From assembly GCA_048881705.1 (NCBI GenBank), contig JBHLSH010000008.1:1-64000 (forward strand): a stretch of DNA of 64,000 nucleotides, written 5' to 3'. This document shows, piece by piece, positions 9,413 to 18,862 of the stretch. Made by a program: the position numbers and the translations under genes. Numbering within the stretch: position 1 is the stretch's first letter; each line of letters begins with the position of its first letter. The notes under the pieces are model-generated. The model was not told the origin of the DNA. It worked only from the letters and a program-made list of their open reading frames with translations, and did not search any database. This DNA is from Candidatus Heimdallarchaeota archaeon. GTDB lineage: Archaea; Asgardarchaeota; Heimdallarchaeia; Hodarchaeales; Hodarchaeaceae.

Positions 9413-11584
9413 CTACGAAGCGATGGCCCCTGGAGGAATGATCTCCCACATAATCCGCCAGATATAGATCCAATCATGCGTAGTTTTATAGGCCAGTTCA
9501 TAATAGTCAGCATATGCCGCATAGGCAGGAGAAAACCCCTTTTCTGCAGGGGCGTGATCCGATATGGGGGCATAGGCCGTGATTCGGTCGTACGGGTCTT
9601 GTTCGACTTCAGCGGTGAATAGGGCCCAAAAAACCGAGTCATAAAACTTGTTAATGTATCCTTCAATGAACTGCCCTCGATCATCGTAATCCAGGTAATC
9701 AGTTTGGTTGATTTGGACAATATTGCCACTTTTTTCGCCAATCCTCACAAACCAAGGAACCTTACCGAGATCTGAATCTGCATGGGGAGGAACGCCGCCA
9801 TAACCATCTGAGACGAGGAGGATGATATAGGAGACATCATAGATCTTTGCGATTTTGAGACTTTCCCGGGGATTCAAGACCAGCATGCAGCCAATATTGG
9901 CAATTTTGGTGCTGTTTATGGTCGCATTATCTACCAGGATAGTTGTATTCGAGTTTCCACTAATCCAATACCCGTAATCCCACCAGGACGCCACAGTACC
10001 ATCATTAATGGTGACGTGATAATCAAGCCACGCGATGGCTTCTTGCCAATCATTGCCAATGATCCAACCATTCTCTCCTACAACAGGCGTAAGAATCGAC
10101 GGCGCGTAAATGCTTTGGACAACCGCCTCGCTAGCCAGCATCACCGAGGAGAACAGGAAGAGGCCGATGAAGGCAAAGGCGATGGCTGTATGTTCATTGG
10201 TCAGGGGTTGGCTAATACGGATCTTTCGCCGAGAGAGGGCAAACCTTTCCTGAAACGTGAGCACAAAGGGAAGTAGTGTCTGGTCAACACCTCTCGCTAT
10301 GAGTAAGGATGCCGCTGGGGCTAAAATAAGGGCGAGTCGTACCATACTTCCCGCAAAGAAGATGGAAGTAACACCGAACAGTAGTAAAAGGAAATTTCTC
10401 TCCGTGGGTTGTTCCCAGAGATAATATACGGTAAGGGGCAGGAACACGATTAGAATTCCTATGTTACTAAAAAACGCCAGCCAAGTAACAACCTTATATT
10501 CCGACACGGATTCGAAGATGGGCGTCTCAGCACGAAAAAATGGCAGTATGACCGTAGCAAATTTGGAAGACAGGTTGGTTAAAACACCACTCAACAGCAA
10601 GATGATGACCCCCACACCAGCAAGAATAATCAGATATGGAAGGAAGGGACGAGTCCGATCATAGACCAAAGTTGTATCATAGTATTTACCAAAATAATTC
10701 CATACTGCCACTAAGACAAGGAAGCCGACCGCTCCCAAGGGGATTAAACTATCAATAGATAGGAGTGATGTTGGCCCATTGCGGGGGATGAGGGCCATAA
10801 TGAAAGACCCAATGAGGATGGAGCCAGAATATGATATTAGCAAGCGATCCGAATATTTCTTGAACAGGACCAGTAAGAACGCGTGAAGAGCTAATAGGTT
10901 AAAGACATAAGTGGATGCTCCCCAGGAGCCTGATAGTACACCTAGTGAGAGACCAGCAAAGATCGCACTGAAAATGGAATCGGTTCGCAAAGCTCGGGAG
11001 TAGAAATAGAGACTGAGAACTAGAAATAGAATTCCTAACCCTTCATTGTCAAAAAAACCTGCAGTGGTTCGCTGGAGATGGCCTGCAGAAATGGCCAGCA
11101 ACAATGCTGACAAAAGCCCAACTTTCTTATTGGCCAGTTCTTTCCCCAAGAAATAGATTGCCATGGTAGTCAAAGATCCCATAATCGCTGGTTGAAAATA
11201 GGCAATAACCCTTAACGGGATATCGATTCCTAAAAAGAGGGCCACTTCATGAAGAAAAACGGCAGAGAGAGGAGTGCCGAGGTATTGAGATTTCCCCCAA
11301 TGCCGACCTTCGGGATACCAGGTCTGGTTGTCTACCCATGACAGAAAGGCGAATAGTCCGTGCTCAGAAATATATTCAGCGGCCCGTAACTGGGAATAGG
11401 GATCATTGGCAGACAGGATTACTTCATACTGAAAAAAAGGTAAAATTCGTAGAATGAACGCTATCACAAAAATGAGAACCAAAGAGGAGTAAAGAAAGAA
11501 ATATTCTCTGGTAAAGGTCGTTGATGCGAAATGGTACCGAGTTTTGAGATCATTGGCTATCCTAGTTACAAGGCCGTGTGCCAA
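9413..11584 (-). CDS. aglB: Oligosaccharyltransferase AglB/STT3
   Basis: WWDYG motif, DNAT, GFFDNEG (DxE), SVSE and NDPY motifs, a multi-TM N-terminal region and a soluble C-terminal domain. Confidence 0.97.
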   Translation of the reverse strand: MAHGLVTRIANDLKTRYHFASTTFTREYFFLYSSLVLIFVIAFILRILPFFQYEVILSANDPYSQLRAAEYISEHGLFAFLSWVDNQTWYPEGRHWGKSQYLGTPLSAVFLHEVALFLGIDIPLRVIAYFQPAIMGSLTTMAIYFLGKELANKKVGLLSALLLAISAGHLQRTTAGFFDNEGLGILFLVLSLYFYSRALRTDSIFSAIFAGLSLGVLSGSWGASTYVFNLLALHAFLLVLFKKYSDRLLISYSGSILIGSFIMALIPRNGPTSLLSIDSLIPLGAVGFLVLVAVWNYFGKYYDTTLVYDRTRPFLPYLIILAGVGVIILLLSGVLTNLSSKFATVILPFFRAETPIFESVSEYKVVTWLAFFSNIGILIVFLPLTVYYLWEQPTERNFLLLLFGVTSIFFAGSMVRLALILAPAASLLIARGVDQTLLPFVLTFQERFALSRRKIRISQPLTNEHTAIAFAFIGLFLFSSVMLASEAVVQSIYAPSILTPVVGENGWIIGNDWQEAIAWLDYHVTINDGTVASWWDYGYWISGNSNTTILVDNATINSTKIANIGCMLVLNPRESLKIAKIYDVSYIILLVSDGYGGVPPHADSDLGKVPWFVRIGEKSGNIVQINQTDYLDYDDRGQFIEGYINKFYDSVFWALFTAEVEQDPYDRITAYAPISDHAPAEKGFSPAYAAYADYYELAYKTTHDWIYIWRIMWEIIPPGAIAS

Positions 11585-11633
11585 GGTAGTTCACCGAGGA
11601 CACTGGACGCGGAACAGGATTCAGTAGGGAAGG

Positions 11634-12344
11634 TTAATCTCGTAAAGGCACGAGATCGGAAATCGCGAGATAATCTTCCACGATGTGCAATTGATTCTCC
11701 TCTACCTTAATCAGGCCTTGTTTGCGAAGATTCGTGACATAATAAGAGATAAGGGCCCTACTATGTCCAGTAAACGCAACGAGATCCTTTTGAAGACATA
11801 TCCCATTGTTATTTGAGATATGTGTCAGAATTGCGGCTATTTTGGGATTTCTGGTCAAAGCTAACCACGACTTTTCCTTAATCGAATAATGAGCAGAACG
11901 ATCAAAGAAATGTCGACATCGGCCTAATTTCATAGACTCAATAGTCATCTCCTTCAACTCAAGATTGTAAAGATGATATTGGATCACACCTAAAGCGAGA
12001 TCAGTTTCTCTTTGGATTTCTCTAAGCGTGATTCCTGGGTTTTGCGTTATAGTCTCCTGTATTAGATCTCTATTCTTAGATAGTTTAGTTTCCTCACGAA
12101 AATGGTCTTGGGAGTCTAAAGACGTATGTGCACCTAATAATATCATGACTTGATGTATAGAAGTCGCAGAAGATGAATTCGGAGATGTGATTAGATGAGA
12201 AAATTCAGTTCCCGTTGCACCAGATGTTGGCGATATTAAATATTGGAAATTAGAGAAAATCCCGATCATCACAAAAACTAAGACCATTAATTGAAGGAAT
12301 TTTATAATCTTCGTCTTTGTGAGTTTTGGAAGGATTGTCTCCAC
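11634..12344 (-). CDS. Membrane-anchored winged-helix transcriptional regulator (tandem wHTH)
   Basis: N-terminal TM (FLQLMVLVFVMIGIF), a Ser/Thr linker, a second hydrophobic patch, then wHTH1 (IQETITQNPGITLREIQRETDLALGVIQYHL) and wHTH2 (QKDLVAFTGHSRALISYYVTNL). Confidence 0.8.
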   Translation of the reverse strand: METILPKLTKTKIIKFLQLMVLVFVMIGIFSNFQYLISPTSGATGTEFSHLITSPNSSSATSIHQVMILLGAHTSLDSQDHFREETKLSKNRDLIQETITQNPGITLREIQRETDLALGVIQYHLYNLELKEMTIESMKLGRCRHFFDRSAHYSIKEKSWLALTRNPKIAAILTHISNNNGICLQKDLVAFTGHSRALISYYVTNLRKQGLIKVEENQLHIVEDYLAISDLVPLRD

Positions 12345-12496
12345 CCGAAATTACTGTGGATCGTTTACTTTTAAATTCTTTCCCAGAAGATGTCAAAAGA
12401 TTGTACTACATCCCTTTTTGGTAGGATAACCAATACCATTCATTTAGTTCCTAGGAGGATCAATATCTCGGGACCATTAGGAAGGCAGAGCTACTA

Positions 12497-13990
12497 TTAC
12501 AAGTAGAACTCTAGGATCCCAAACTTCCGACTATCATCATCCAGAATTTCACTATATCGTTTCAAAATAGCTACGCAAACATAGAGCCCAACCGCTGTTG
12601 TGAACAACCCAAGGATTTGTGCGATCATAAGTAGCACTAGGAAACGTAAGCCCCAGGATCTGGCTGATCGTATTTGGTATGGTTGGTTATTTAGGATATC
12701 GTTATTGTTTTGCGAAAAACTGTCAATCTTGAAGAACCCAATCACCGGTAGCATCATTAGGATATCAGCTCTTTCTGGATCCAATGGTTTTAAGATTTGA
12801 CCCAAGAAGTAGATAGAGAACCCTACGAAAATCAAACCATACATAATTCCTCTAGTCAGAGCAGAGAGCGGATCCACGGGACTGATCAATCCCGAATCAC
12901 CGATTAGTGATTGGGGGGGGGTTAATAAGTAAGCAAGTCCACTTTCGGGTACATATTGCCCGGAAACATGATCCGCTCTAAACGTCCCTAACAAAGAAAC
13001 GAGGATATCGGGCGGCTTCTGGCCCCCACTTGCACCTGCATTCCAAACCACCTGAGCCAGAAATGATATACTTGAGAACATGACCGAAGTTAAAATCACA
13101 GGAATAAGCAGAAAAAAAAGGATGTTTCCCTGATACTCGCAATCTTGCCTCTCTGTTGGTTGATCTTTGATGCATATCTTGAATTTAAAAGCTCCAATGT
13201 AGTTTAACAAGAGGAAAAAGATAATTGTAACCAAAAAGGACGATAGTGAATACGCAGGGAGGACTAGGTTATTTTGTGGATCATATCGAAACAATAGTGC
13301 CACTATTGCGGCAAACACGTTCTCTTGATTGATCCAAGAAAGAAAAGCTAATATTAGGCCTCGATTTGATAAGATGTCGTTCGTACCCTCCAAAACCGCC
13401 TGAACAGAAAAAAGGTACATGAATAGATCAAGACCTATTGTACTAAGGATAAATAGGGCTATCCCAGAACCATATCCCCATCCTTTAGAGATTATTTCAT
13501 CTAGATAGATTGCGATAATTCCCCCTACGACTAATTGGCCAAAGATAATTATCTGTCGATCTACGGTCAAGTTAACACCAAAATACTCGCCTAGCATCAC
13601 TAAAAAGGCGCCAAGAATGGTAAAAGTGATTGCCATACCTTTAAGACTCGCATTATAGGCAGCCTTTCCTTTTACGGACGTAAAATCGTTGTTGATAGTT
13701 CTTCTAAGAAGGATGAATCGCATAATCAGGCCAGCTAGAAGAATCGGGAATATTCCTAATGTTCCCAAGTATCCAAGGGGCGGGGCATAAATCACCCTCA
13801 GGTAGGCAAAGGGATCTGCTTCTCCAACGTGCGCTCCAATTAGTGGGATGGAGATCAGAAGCGAGTACGCCGCAAACACGATTAATGTCCAAGAAACCTT
13901 CTCTATAGGGGAAAGATCACGCGAAGGCCTTTTAACCGCGGGGAATATTGTTCCGATCCGTCCGAAGAATACAAGAAACATCTGAATCAT
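12497..13990 (-). CDS. secY: Divergent SecY/Sec61alpha paralog
   Basis: SecY hallmarks FPAVKRP, EKVSWT, DPFAYLRVI, LGIFPILLAGLIM, QLVVGGIIAIYLDEIISKGWGYGSGIALFI and YLLTPPQSL. The C-terminal cytoplasmic loops are degenerate. Confidence 0.9.
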   Translation of the reverse strand: MIQMFLVFFGRIGTIFPAVKRPSRDLSPIEKVSWTLIVFAAYSLLISIPLIGAHVGEADPFAYLRVIYAPPLGYLGTLGIFPILLAGLIMRFILLRRTINNDFTSVKGKAAYNASLKGMAITFTILGAFLVMLGEYFGVNLTVDRQIIIFGQLVVGGIIAIYLDEIISKGWGYGSGIALFILSTIGLDLFMYLFSVQAVLEGTNDILSNRGLILAFLSWINQENVFAAIVALLFRYDPQNNLVLPAYSLSSFLVTIIFFLLLNYIGAFKFKICIKDQPTERQDCEYQGNILFFLLIPVILTSVMFSSISFLAQVVWNAGASGGQKPPDILVSLLGTFRADHVSGQYVPESGLAYLLTPPQSLIGDSGLISPVDPLSALTRGIMYGLIFVGFSIYFLGQILKPLDPERADILMMLPVIGFFKIDSFSQNNNDILNNQPYQIRSARSWGLRFLVLLMIAQILGLFTTAVGLYVCVAILKRYSEILDDDSRKFGILEFYL

Positions 13991-14026
13991 GTTTTTTCCT
14001 CATTAGGATAGTTTTCGATACCCATA

Positions 14027-14227
14027 TTACCTAAATGATCTTCCTAGGATTAAAAAAACTATCACCCGGATCAAGAATGAGAATAATCCTAGGCCTCCAA
14101 ATCCAATTGCAGTTTTTTGGATGAGCTTAATAACTTCTGATTTCGTAGGAGGATAGGGAACTAATTGAATTTTTCCGTTCCTCTTAGGTAATCTTAGATT
14201 TACCCTCTTCTCCTCTGAATTTTCCAT
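14027..14227 (-). CDS. secE: SecE/Sec61gamma-like subunit
   Basis: 66 aa, with a PPTKSEV hinge (compare KPTxxE) followed by a TM containing GFGGLGLFSFLI. It lies directly upstream of secY. Confidence 0.8.
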   Translation of the reverse strand: MENSEEKRVNLRLPKRNGKIQLVPYPPTKSEVIKLIQKTAIGFGGLGLFSFLIRVIVFLILGRSFR

Positions 14228-14555
14228 TGATAAATCCCTAATACTCTGTTTTTTTGGGAATAAATATCCTCATCTAATCATGAAACGAGATTGATAACCT
14301 TTATCAATCCTACAATCCTATGCAACGTCCAGTTTTGTTTATAACATTAGCAAGAACATTTCGTTTTATTGCTTCTGGTACAATTATTTGACACTGACTT
14401 TCCTTAATGTTTTTCTCTGTTCCGATTTAATAGGGGCGCTATAATCGCCGGTCTGAGGTTCTTCTTTCCAAAGGATTTAATATGTCTATACCCAGATTCC
14501 TTTTCATACCAAGTTTTAATCCGAATTGATGTTACTTTGAATTGAGAGAATCGAT

Positions 14556-15398
14556 ATGACATATGGTAATCCGACCCTAAATTTAGCATCGCCAGCACAA
14601 ATCGAAATTCCGATAAAAATTGCCGGATTAACCAAGAGTTACGGAACGGTGGGCGTCCTCGAAAATTTCGATTTAGTGTTAGACCATAAAGAGTGTTTAG
14701 GGATCATCGGCCCAAACGGAGCTGGAAAAACCACCCTCTTTAGATGTCTAATGGGATTGGTGAGAATTCAACAGGGAAATATTAACCTTCTAGGGCAAAG
14801 TGTGGTAACGAACGGAAAAATATCTCCACAACTTCGTAGGATTCGGCCCAGAATAGGGTACGTACCAGAATCTTTAGAAATTTACTCATTTTTGACAGTA
14901 AGGGAATATCTTTGCTTCATAAGCAAATTGTTTGTTTTAAGGGAAGATGAGTATAATCAGTATTCACGTTACCTAATCCGCTTATTTGAGCTAGAAGAGT
15001 GGGAAGAATCCCTTATCAAACATCTATCAACGGGGAACTACCAAAAGCTAATATTATGCACTGCTTTGATTCATCAACCAGAAGTTCTTATTTTAGATGA
15101 GCCATTTTCAAATTTGGATATAAAAACCAGAAAGAAAACAAAAAATATTCTTAAAAAGTTCATCAGTCGTGGAATACCAGAACTAGATATAGATGTGCCT
15201 GGTTCGATCATCATTGCTTCCCATATTCTCGCTGATCTAGAGGAATTATGTACACAAATAGCTCTTCTCCATTCGGGGAGGATAACTTGGAAAGGAACCA
15301 TAGCGGAAATAAGGCAGGATCAAACTAAGGCAAGATCTTTTGAATCATTTGTTTTGGAGGTCTGGGACAATGAAACAGAAAAAGATTGGCAGGAGTAG
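14556..15398 (+). CDS. ABC transporter ATP-binding protein (exporter type)
   Basis: Walker A GPNGAGKTT, signature LSTGNYQK, Walker B LILDEP and H-loop ASH. Confidence 0.95.
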   Translation: MTYGNPTLNLASPAQIEIPIKIAGLTKSYGTVGVLENFDLVLDHKECLGIIGPNGAGKTTLFRCLMGLVRIQQGNINLLGQSVVTNGKISPQLRRIRPRIGYVPESLEIYSFLTVREYLCFISKLFVLREDEYNQYSRYLIRLFELEEWEESLIKHLSTGNYQKLILCTALIHQPEVLILDEPFSNLDIKTRKKTKNILKKFISRGIPELDIDVPGSIIIASHILADLEELCTQIALLHSGRITWKGTIAEIRQDQTKARSFESFVLEVWDNETEKDWQE

Positions 15399-16803
15399 AT
15401 TGCTTGTCCAATTTATGTGGCTAGAATGCAAAAAACTGTCTAAATTCTGGGATGCGATCCCCAAAATATCCATTCTGCTATATTCGATGGTTTTTGTTGA
15501 GTGTCTCCTAGCGGCGGCTTTTGGTTGGTACTACCCATTATTCCTGCATAGTCATCCGCGAGCGCTTGTCATTTCAAGTCTGTTGGTATTATCAATAGGC
15601 ATTTTTATATTCACTAGTAGTTCGTTTATCGCTCCAAGTAAGGAGAGTTTTTTTGCAGCTAATCCCTTTCATGTTGATGAATCAGATCTGAATATTCTTT
15701 CACAAACGCTAAACGACCCCATATCCTGGGCCCTTATCGGGCTGATCCGAAATTCCCTCAAAGTATTACTATATGTAGTTTTCTTGGCGTTGATCATTGT
15801 TTCGTATGCATTTAGTGTCCAGATCCCTTGGCCAAACATAGTAATAGTTCTGGTTGCCCTTTATCTAGGGATCCAAGTCTTTATGTTCGCTGGATCGTTT
15901 GTATATAGTTTCACGGAGGAATTCTTGGAACAATTGAGACCAAGATGGCGAGAACAGAACTTTTCGCTTCTCAATAATGTTATTTCAACAGTTGCCATGA
16001 TAATTGTTCTAGGTGGATTGGGGGTCCTGGCATTTATCGATACTTCTGAAGGAACTAGTTTCGTCATCTTAGAACAGATGGTTTTGGATTTGTGGTTCAT
16101 TCCCCCTTTTAATCTCATTTATTTGGTTTTAGCGGCTCTTTCTAAGACATGGCCTCAAACCTACCTGATTCAAGCAATGATTAGTTTATTGTTCGAATGG
16201 GCAATGGCTCTCGGGCTTTTCTTTCTTATCCACAGCAAAATCGATCCTTTAGCCCGGCTATACGAGAGACGACCCCTGGTAGATGCCCTCTCGGAGAGTT
16301 TCGATCTTGCTTTAGCAGGCTATTTCATTTTCACTTCTATCTTTCAAAGTGGAGCCTCATGGTTTAAGTTTCTGCAATATAAGAACCAATTTCTCCATGA
16401 AGCAGTGAGTCTTCTCCAAAAAGACCTTCTTCTCCTCGATAAATATCGTATTTCCTTTACCTATACTCTCACAGTGCTAATATATGGCATTATTGTAGTT
16501 TTTTGGCTTGCATCGGCAGCTAATATCATTCCCTGGTTTACTCCGGCCGGAATTCTCGCAATCATTGCTATTACAGTGTTTCTCTGGTTTAAAGAGTCAA
16601 GGCTTCTCGTCAAAAACCTCAAAATATCGTTTAGGGCCGTATTAATGGAAAAACTATTTCTCTCGTTTTTTCTTTCCTGCTCTCTTCTTCTCGCGATTTT
16701 GATCATAAACGAAGGAACGTTGTTCCTAGGGGGAATAGTTGTTTATGCATTCAGTTTTATCTTCGGGCTCATCTATTATAGTATCAAGCCAATTCCATAT
16801 TGA
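15370..16803 (+). CDS. Putative ABC exporter permease
   Basis: About 10 TM helices and an overlap with the ATPase 3' end. The ATG at 15370 is preferred over the TTG at 15340. Confidence 0.75.
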   Translation: MKQKKIGRSRLLVQFMWLECKKLSKFWDAIPKISILLYSMVFVECLLAAAFGWYYPLFLHSHPRALVISSLLVLSIGIFIFTSSSFIAPSKESFFAANPFHVDESDLNILSQTLNDPISWALIGLIRNSLKVLLYVVFLALIIVSYAFSVQIPWPNIVIVLVALYLGIQVFMFAGSFVYSFTEEFLEQLRPRWREQNFSLLNNVISTVAMIIVLGGLGVLAFIDTSEGTSFVILEQMVLDLWFIPPFNLIYLVLAALSKTWPQTYLIQAMISLLFEWAMALGLFFLIHSKIDPLARLYERRPLVDALSESFDLALAGYFIFTSIFQSGASWFKFLQYKNQFLHEAVSLLQKDLLLLDKYRISFTYTLTVLIYGIIVVFWLASAANIIPWFTPAGILAIIAITVFLWFKESRLLVKNLKISFRAVLMEKLFLSFFLSCSLLLAILIINEGTLFLGGIVVYAFSFIFGLIYYSIKPIPY

Positions 16804-16903
16804 TCCAAGATAAGTCCCGCTTCCAGCAGGGAAGATTGTGCAAAAAATCCATATAATCGGATTGATGGAAGGTTGATTTCACCAAAACACTGGAAACTAT
16901 GTC

Positions 16904-17881
16904 ATGAAAGCAATTGTTCTCCGCGAATACGGAGATCCGGATGTTCTTCAGCTCAAAGAGGTAGCAGATCCCGTTCCTCGCGACAATGAAGTAAAGGTAA
17001 AGATTGTTGCGGCCTCTGTAAACGCTACGGATCTGGAAATTGTTAGAGGAGACTTGATCGTTCGCCTTTCAAGCGGATTACGAAAACCCTCGAATTCAAG
17101 ACTCGGTTGTGATTTTGCGGGGCGCGTTGAATCAATTGGAAAAAATGTAAAGCAGTTTGAACAAGGCGATGAGGTTTACGCGGATTTGATGTACCAGCCT
17201 CGTGCCTATGGCGCTTTTGCGGAATATGTATGTATCCCTGAAAAATCATTACGACGGAAGCCTGCCAGCATGACATTTGAGGAGGCGGCTACCATACCTC
17301 AGGCTGGTGTTCTCGCCGTACAAGGAATTCGTGGTAGAATACCACCTCGGACAGGACAAGAAATTTTAATTAATGGTGCTGGTGGTGGTGTGGGAACCTT
17401 TGCGATTCAGGTTGCCAAGTACTTCGGAGCGGAAGTCACAGCGGTTGATAATAGCAGCAAATTAGACATGATGCGTGAACTCGGGGCGGATCATGTTATA
17501 GACCATAACAATGAAGATTTTACAAGAAGCGGAAAGCGGTATGATTTGATTCTTGATGTCATAGCTAGGCGAGGAATCCTTGCCTATAGACGTGCATTAA
17601 AGCCAACGGGGGTTTTCCGTATGGTGGGCGGAACTGCTGGCCGAATATTCCAAATCTTATTCTTGGGAACCTTGGTTTCACGATTTTCTAGTAAAAAGAT
17701 AGGTGTGCTTATGGGAAGTCCAAACAAGAAAAGAGATATGGAATTTTTGGCGGAACGGTTTGAAGATAAAACGGTAGTGCCGATTATAGACAGGATTTAT
17801 CCCTTAAATGAAGTTGCAGAAGCGCTTCGGTATCTTAGAGACGGACATGCAAAAGGAAAGTTAGTGATCACGATGGAATAG
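16904..17881 (+). CDS. NAD(P)-dependent MDR-family oxidoreductase (zinc-free, quinone-reductase-like)
   Basis: MKAIV..YGDPDVLQL, GCDFAGRVE, NGAGGGVGTFAIQVAK and GKLVI motifs. Confidence 0.93.
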   Translation: MKAIVLREYGDPDVLQLKEVADPVPRDNEVKVKIVAASVNATDLEIVRGDLIVRLSSGLRKPSNSRLGCDFAGRVESIGKNVKQFEQGDEVYADLMYQPRAYGAFAEYVCIPEKSLRRKPASMTFEEAATIPQAGVLAVQGIRGRIPPRTGQEILINGAGGGVGTFAIQVAKYFGAEVTAVDNSSKLDMMRELGADHVIDHNNEDFTRSGKRYDLILDVIARRGILAYRRALKPTGVFRMVGGTAGRIFQILFLGTLVSRFSSKKIGVLMGSPNKKRDMEFLAERFEDKTVVPIIDRIYPLNEVAEALRYLRDGHAKGKLVITME

Positions 17882-18001
17882 GCAGAGGTAGTTGGTTCTC
17901 ATCAGCAGCTTTTGGAGATGATCCAAAGATTTCATTAGCACTACTGAGCAAGACTTATAATTATAGCCTGTGTTCGGCTTTTGAACTGTGCCTTGACAGA
18001 G

Positions 18002-18829
18002 ATGGCAACGAGCGAAGTTAAATCTACTCTAATTTGCATCTTACTCATTATTGCATACGGAAATTTCCTAGTTGATGTCAACGGAAATGATGACGTACAT
18101 ATAACTCCAAACGATGAATTCTTTAAACAGGCAATTGACCTTTTTGATATTGATCCTGACAGCTATCGATTATATGTTACTGGTGAAGTAGCCAATCCTT
18201 TAAGTTTATCACTCGAAGAAATAAAATCAATGCCTGTTACCTCCGAAACCGTACGGTTGACGTGTGTTGATTACAAGCAGGGAGCCCTGTCATTAACAGG
18301 AGTCGCCAATTGGACTGGTGTTAGGTTGTCTCACATTTTGAATTTATCAGAGATAAATTATCAGGCCGCGAAAGATATCGCCTTCTATACTCCCGATCTT
18401 AGTCCTTACGGATATACAACCAGTTTAGCATTGGAAGAGGCGTTCTGGGGTGATGTTATTCTTGCTTATGAAATGAATGGAGAAATTTTACCGAAAGAAC
18501 ATGGATTCCCTATACGACTTGTTTGTCCTCGGTTTTTTGGCTATAAATGGATCAAATGGATAGCTTACATCAACGTAACAGCATTTGACTATCATGGTTA
18601 TTGGGAAAACAGGGGTTATAACGATACACCTTATGTAGATGTAGCTCTTCCTATTTATTATTCCCCAGTTGGATCAGACATACCAATCCCAGAGATAACA
18701 TCTAGCGAGTCAGTATCTGACGGATCAAAATCTACGCGCGGGCCAGGTATGGAGATAATTCTTTCTATGCTAGCAATAGCTGCAATCACGCGAGTAAAAA
18801 TTGGTCGAAAGAAAGGAAGGCAAAACTAA
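18002..18829 (+). CDS. Molybdopterin-dependent oxidoreductase (sulfite oxidase/MsrP-like) with N-terminal signal and C-terminal TM
   Basis: YRLYVTGEVANP, a candidate Mo-ligand Cys in LTCV, WTGVRLS, LAYEMNGE.LPKEHGFPIRL, GYKWIKWI and GYWENRGY. Confidence 0.88.
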   Translation: MATSEVKSTLICILLIIAYGNFLVDVNGNDDVHITPNDEFFKQAIDLFDIDPDSYRLYVTGEVANPLSLSLEEIKSMPVTSETVRLTCVDYKQGALSLTGVANWTGVRLSHILNLSEINYQAAKDIAFYTPDLSPYGYTTSLALEEAFWGDVILAYEMNGEILPKEHGFPIRLVCPRFFGYKWIKWIAYINVTAFDYHGYWENRGYNDTPYVDVALPIYYSPVGSDIPIPEITSSESVSDGSKSTRGPGMEIILSMLAIAAITRVKIGRKKGRQN

Positions 18830-18862
18830 AATTTGTTTAGGGTTTTATCTTCTGGCATAATT

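Noticed and set aside
9310-9741. 143-aa minus-strand ORF overlapping the aglB 3' end
   Set aside because: It is an alternative frame of a strongly supported gene and has no motif.
12913-12921. G9 homopolymer in secY as a phase-variation site
   Set aside because: It encodes the conserved TPP motif in frame, and nothing indicates slippage.
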